The translations under genes and the position numbers were made by a program. A stretch of DNA of 64,000 bases. Source: Tubulanus polymorphus. Its lineage: Eukaryota; Animalia; Nemertea. Positions 62,641-64,000 of the stretch are shown here, in pieces (position 1 is the first letter of the stretch; each line of letters starts with the position of its first letter). The stretch lies in contig NC_134029.1 of the NCBI RefSeq assembly GCF_964204645.1, positions 15,494,950 through 15,558,949 of the forward strand. Reading direction: 5' to 3'. The notes beneath the pieces are model-generated. The model made no database searches and had not been told where the DNA came from. It was given only the letters and a program-made list of their open reading frames with translations.

Positions 62641-63169
62641 CAACTTCGTACTTAAAAAATGGTATTGGCTACTATATAATAGGCCTATAGACAAATAAAT
62701 ACCGGTAGGCTTTCTTAGCTTCCACACTTCACAACCGAACCAACTGACCAACCAGTATATTTATTCCCAGTACGCACCAACCGGCATAGGCCTAACACTG
62801 TTTGTCAACTGTGTGTACCGTAGTAGGCTATCGATAATCACCTGATACTTTGCTGTCGTTTGTTTTCTCTCTGAGACGAACGTAATTCTGCACCGTAATT
62901 CTAGTAGCCCTCCGCGACTCAACGACCTTGATTTAAACTTGATAAATTCAAAATCTGTTTATTGACGCTTTTGTTTACATGAACTGATCAGCAATATACT
63001 TAAATGAAATAACCGGAATAACAAGAAATCAAAAATATTAAAGAGGTAACAAACAAATGCCCGTAAACCTGTCAGACACGCGAACGCCGGACTCGTAAAC
63101 TATTGGACTCGGACCCGCTGAGCAATAAATTCATAAAATTGACTTTGAAATTGATTGTGGAGAAGAGAG

Positions 63170-64000
63170 GGAATAATTTTAATAAATTTACTTCTAATAA
63201 AAAACTAAAAAGGATCTATGATCAAAACTTTTATCCGATATATTATAAAAAGAATTACATAAACTTATATTTACTAAATTTAAATCTACACAATTTTTAA
63301 ATTCTCTATCTAATTGTACTAGTAAATTATGTGATTTATAGTTTGTAAGTTTTCTAGAATCAACAAATATTCTACATTCTTTTAATTCAACCATTATTTA
63401 TAACACAAAAAAATCAAAACCTCAAACCACTAAAAATAATTTTAATAAAATTTTTCCTATATAAATGGATGACAAGATAGAATGTAAAATTTGTGGTGAA
63501 CTTCAAAGAAAAAGTAATATGGCTCGACATATGAAAAAACATGATAAAAATTACAAACCCCCTAAAATAAACTGCCCAAATTGTAATAATTTATTCTCAT
63601 GAAATTATGTTAAAAACATTCAGAGAAGTGTAAAATTAATGATTCAACGGTTAATGTTGATAACAACCAAAGTAATAATAATTCTGTTGAAACTGAGCCA
63701 GAAATTATTTGGAAAAGACCTTTCTTATTCTATGATAAGAATAATATAAAAGATCATTTCTGTGAGCCTTTTCGAATAAAATATAGCCCTGAAAATATAG
63801 AAGATTGGGAGAATCATCAATTTCGTAAAGCACATACAGATAAAATTTCTTAAATAGAAATAATTTAAAATAGATTTGAAGCAGAATTTAATGAAAGAAA
63901 AAAATAATATATTAGAAAAAGTAAAATACGAGAAAACGTTACTAGATAATAAAGAAATACTTGAAAAGTTGGAAAAACAATAAGACGAATTAGTAAGAAA
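63170..64000. mobile_element. Polinton fragment: penton N-terminus (-, 63394 leftwards) and a divergent zinc-finger pseudogene (+, from 63465)
   Basis: MVELKECRIFVDSRKLTNY matches the penton; TAAATG-started MDDKIECKICG...MARHMKKH...CPNC with stops; runs off the window. Confidence 0.75.

Overview
Eukaryotic (invertebrate animal) genomic DNA. The only host gene is a + strand fibrillin with three exons: cbEGF 6656-6781, TB/8-Cys 58874-59023, and TB end plus cbEGF 59318-59491. The first two exons splice in frame across a ~52 kb intron packed with nested mobile DNA. That intron and the next one contain at least six full, partial or miniature copies of an AT-rich Polinton/Maverick (adintovirus-like) virus family. 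One structurally complete provirus (14648-36488; 6-bp TSD TCTGTC, ~599-bp TIRs) encodes pPolB, penton, double jelly-roll MCP, packaging ATPase, chromodomain integrase, an HNH nuclease and several membrane proteins, with no recognisable adenain protease. Unusual properties visible in the sequence: (i) nearly every recognisable terminus is itself a long hairpin palindrome (AGT...ACT), with a conserved asymmetric core and loops in both flip and flop orientations; (ii) most genes start at a poxvirus-late-like TAAATG, while the replication genes share a second motif; (iii) a ~26-bp GC palindrome sits in frame in three unrelated viral genes; (iv) one copy lost pPolB precisely between two copies of the shared motif. 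Also present: BEL/Pao and Ty3/gypsy remnants, LINE fragments, Helentron-type HINEs, a PIF/Harbinger MITE, a tRNA-derived SINE and minisatellites. All calls were made by eye without database searches, so protein assignments are motif-based.
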